Part shown: positions 38,213 to 39,764 of the stretch, piece after piece | Numbering within the stretch: the first letter of the stretch is position 1 | How the letters are laid out: the number at the start of each line of letters is the position of its first letter | UHGV virus genome: UHGV-0145637 | DNA length: 39,764 bases | Strand: one strand, 5' to 3' | DNA from: a virus | Made by a program: the position numbers and the translations under genes | The notes under the pieces: model-generated | The model's input: only the letters and a program-made list of their open reading frames with translations | What the model was told of the DNA's origin: nothing | The model's database searches: none

Positions 38213-38903
38213 ACTTATTCACTATAACGACAATATCGTCGGTTATGGCTCCCGTGAGTTACGGGTTGAGACAATAAGTTGCTGGCTGGCCCGGCTGGTC
38301 GTCGTCAATAAACATTACAGCCATCGTTTCGTAAATAATTCCTACCTTCATCTGGGCATATTTTCAGAACGGGAGCTGGTTGGCGTAATGCAATGGGGTT
38401 ATGCCCTTAATCCAAACAATGGTGCACGCGTCGTAACTGGCACGCAGAACCGCGAATATATGGAGCTTAACCGGTTATGGCTGCATGACTGTATGCCGAG
38501 AAACTCCGAATCAAGGGCAATCAGTTACGCGCTCAAACTAATCAGACAACTTTATCCGCAGGTGCAGTGGGTTCAGTCGTTTGCAGATGAGCGTTGTGGC
38601 TGTCTTGGTGTCGTGTACCAGGCAAGCAATTTTGATTATGTAGGCAGTCATGAAACAACATTCTATGAACTTGATGGCGAGTGGTATCACGAGATTTGCA
38701 AGAATGCAATCAAACGAGGAGGACAGCGAGGTGAACATCTGCGGGCTAATATCGACAGAGCCAGTGTTCATAAATTCCGTCAGTTTCGTTACATCCGGTT
38801 TCTGGACAAGAGAGCCAGAAAACGCCTTAACACAAAGCTATTCAAAGTCCAGCCTTACCCAAAACCACAAACAGTTAAAACTGGTTTGAAAGAGAGTGAA
38901 TGA
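38166..38903 (+). CDS. mom: Mom-like DNA modification protein
   Basis: 246-aa frame beginning inside the 3' end of com (GTG at 38166 with AGGAAA upstream), as in Mu; assigned by position and size only. Confidence 0.55.
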   Translation: MGNRKQVTSRIISTPELIHYNDNIVGYGSRELRVETISCWLARLVVVNKHYSHRFVNNSYLHLGIFSERELVGVMQWGYALNPNNGARVVTGTQNREYMELNRLWLHDCMPRNSESRAISYALKLIRQLYPQVQWVQSFADERCGCLGVVYQASNFDYVGSHETTFYELDGEWYHEICKNAIKRGGQRGEHLRANIDRASVHKFRQFRYIRFLDKRARKRLNTKLFKVQPYPKPQTVKTGLKESE

Positions 38904-38944
38904 ACGCTTAAAAACTCATTCTAAAACTCAAAAGAAAAGCGCCG

Positions 38945-39036
38945 ATTTAGTATCAAATAAGTTGCGTATCGGCGTTTTTCAGCGGTATCAAATGAAATGC
39001 AAATCGGTATCAAAAAAATCGCCGCGCTATAATACA
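38945..39036. repeat. Right-end region with three GTATCAAA repeats (attR-like) and putative terminus ...TAATACA
   Basis: GTATCAAA at 38950, 38985 and 39007; reverse complement of the terminus begins TGTATTATAGCG. Confidence 0.5.
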
Positions 39037-39735
39037 TGCGCTTGCTTGCGCACTCCAGCGCCAGCTGTTTGATGTCGTAGTTCGGATCGCCTTTTTTATG
39101 GTTCAGACCATCGCGAATCGCAAACACCAGTTTCGGGAACACCGCAGTTTTACGGTTTTTACCGAGGCCTGCGATACGGTTACGCAGGATAGATTCCTGA
39201 ATCAGGCGCGACTCCCAGCTGGTGCCCAGACCAAAACCAAAGGTTACAAACGGCGTCTGACCGTTGGCGGTGTGCAGGGTGTTTACTTCGTACTCCAGCG
39301 ACTGGAAGGCATCGTAGCACTCTTTAATGGTACGAGAGTTAGCGTAGCCTTCGGCGTCCGGGATGTTCCACTCTTCTGCGGTCTTGCGATGTTTGTTGTA
39401 GCTGGCGGTAACAAACGGCGCCAGCACTTCATCGATACGGTTAATGGTGGTGCCGCCATAAATATGGCTGGCGACCTGAGCAATAATCTGCGCAGTTACC
39501 GCGGTTGCCGTAGAGATCGACTTCGGCGGTTCAATCTCGGCGTTCCCCATCTTAAAGCCCTGGGTCAGCATGCCTTTCAGGTCGATCAACATGCAGTTGA
39601 ACATCGGGAAGAACGGCGAGTAATCGAGATCGTGATAGTGAATATCGCCACGCTCATGTGCCTGCACCACGTCACGCGGCAGCAGGTGCTGACGTGCATA
39701 GTGTTTAGCCACGATCCCGGCCAGCAGGTCGCGCT
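39037..39735 (-). CDS. nrdD: Host anaerobic ribonucleoside-triphosphate reductase, 5'-partial and interrupted at the phage junction
   Basis: Minus-strand translation AKHYARQHLLPRDVVQAHERGDIHYHDLDYSPFFPMFNCMLIDLKG... resembles enterobacterial NrdD as recalled; the frame runs out of the contig and degenerates on entering phage DNA after ...ECASKRMY. Confidence 0.6.
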
Positions 39736-39764
39736 CTGTCTCTTATACACATCTGACGCTGCCG
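39736..39764. other. Nextera adapter read-through (library artefact)
   Basis: CTGTCTCTTATACACATCT (reverse complement of the Tn5 mosaic end) followed by GACGCTGCCG. Confidence 0.9.

Larger units (their letters stand above)
102..39036 (+). mobile_element. Mu-like transposable prophage; both boundaries approximate
   Basis: Mu-type synteny from repressor/ner/A/B through tail genes, gin and com-mom. Right terminus read on the minus strand begins TGTATT like Mu ends. Left terminus placed at a TG preceding TTTGATA-type repeats; not confirmed. Confidence 0.7.

Overview
The window is an almost complete Mu-like transposable prophage (about 38.9 kb, roughly 102..39036) with Illumina Nextera adapter sequence at both contig ends and about 0.7 kb of host DNA on the right that looks like a disrupted anaerobic ribonucleotide reductase gene (nrdD). 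Gene order follows phage Mu: leftward repressor, ner, transposase A, ATPase B, a block of small early genes with Gam and GemA, one Mor/C-family activator, a lysis cassette, terminase, portal, head and tail genes, an invertible tail-fibre segment, Gin invertase and Com/Mom at the right end. The regions not explained by the Mu backbone, and the best candidates for something new, are: (1) a ~3.4 kb insertion between gin and com-mom carrying a 684-aa SGNH/sialate-O-acetylesterase-like protein plus three small genes, one antisense; (2) an AT-rich block in the early region with an antisense 136-aa gene and a Myb/SANT-repeat protein; (3) an asymmetric tail-fibre switch in which only one orientation has a fibre-assembly chaperone. 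All calls come from reading the sequence and ORF translations; no database search was run, and family assignments rest on recalled motifs and Mu synteny.
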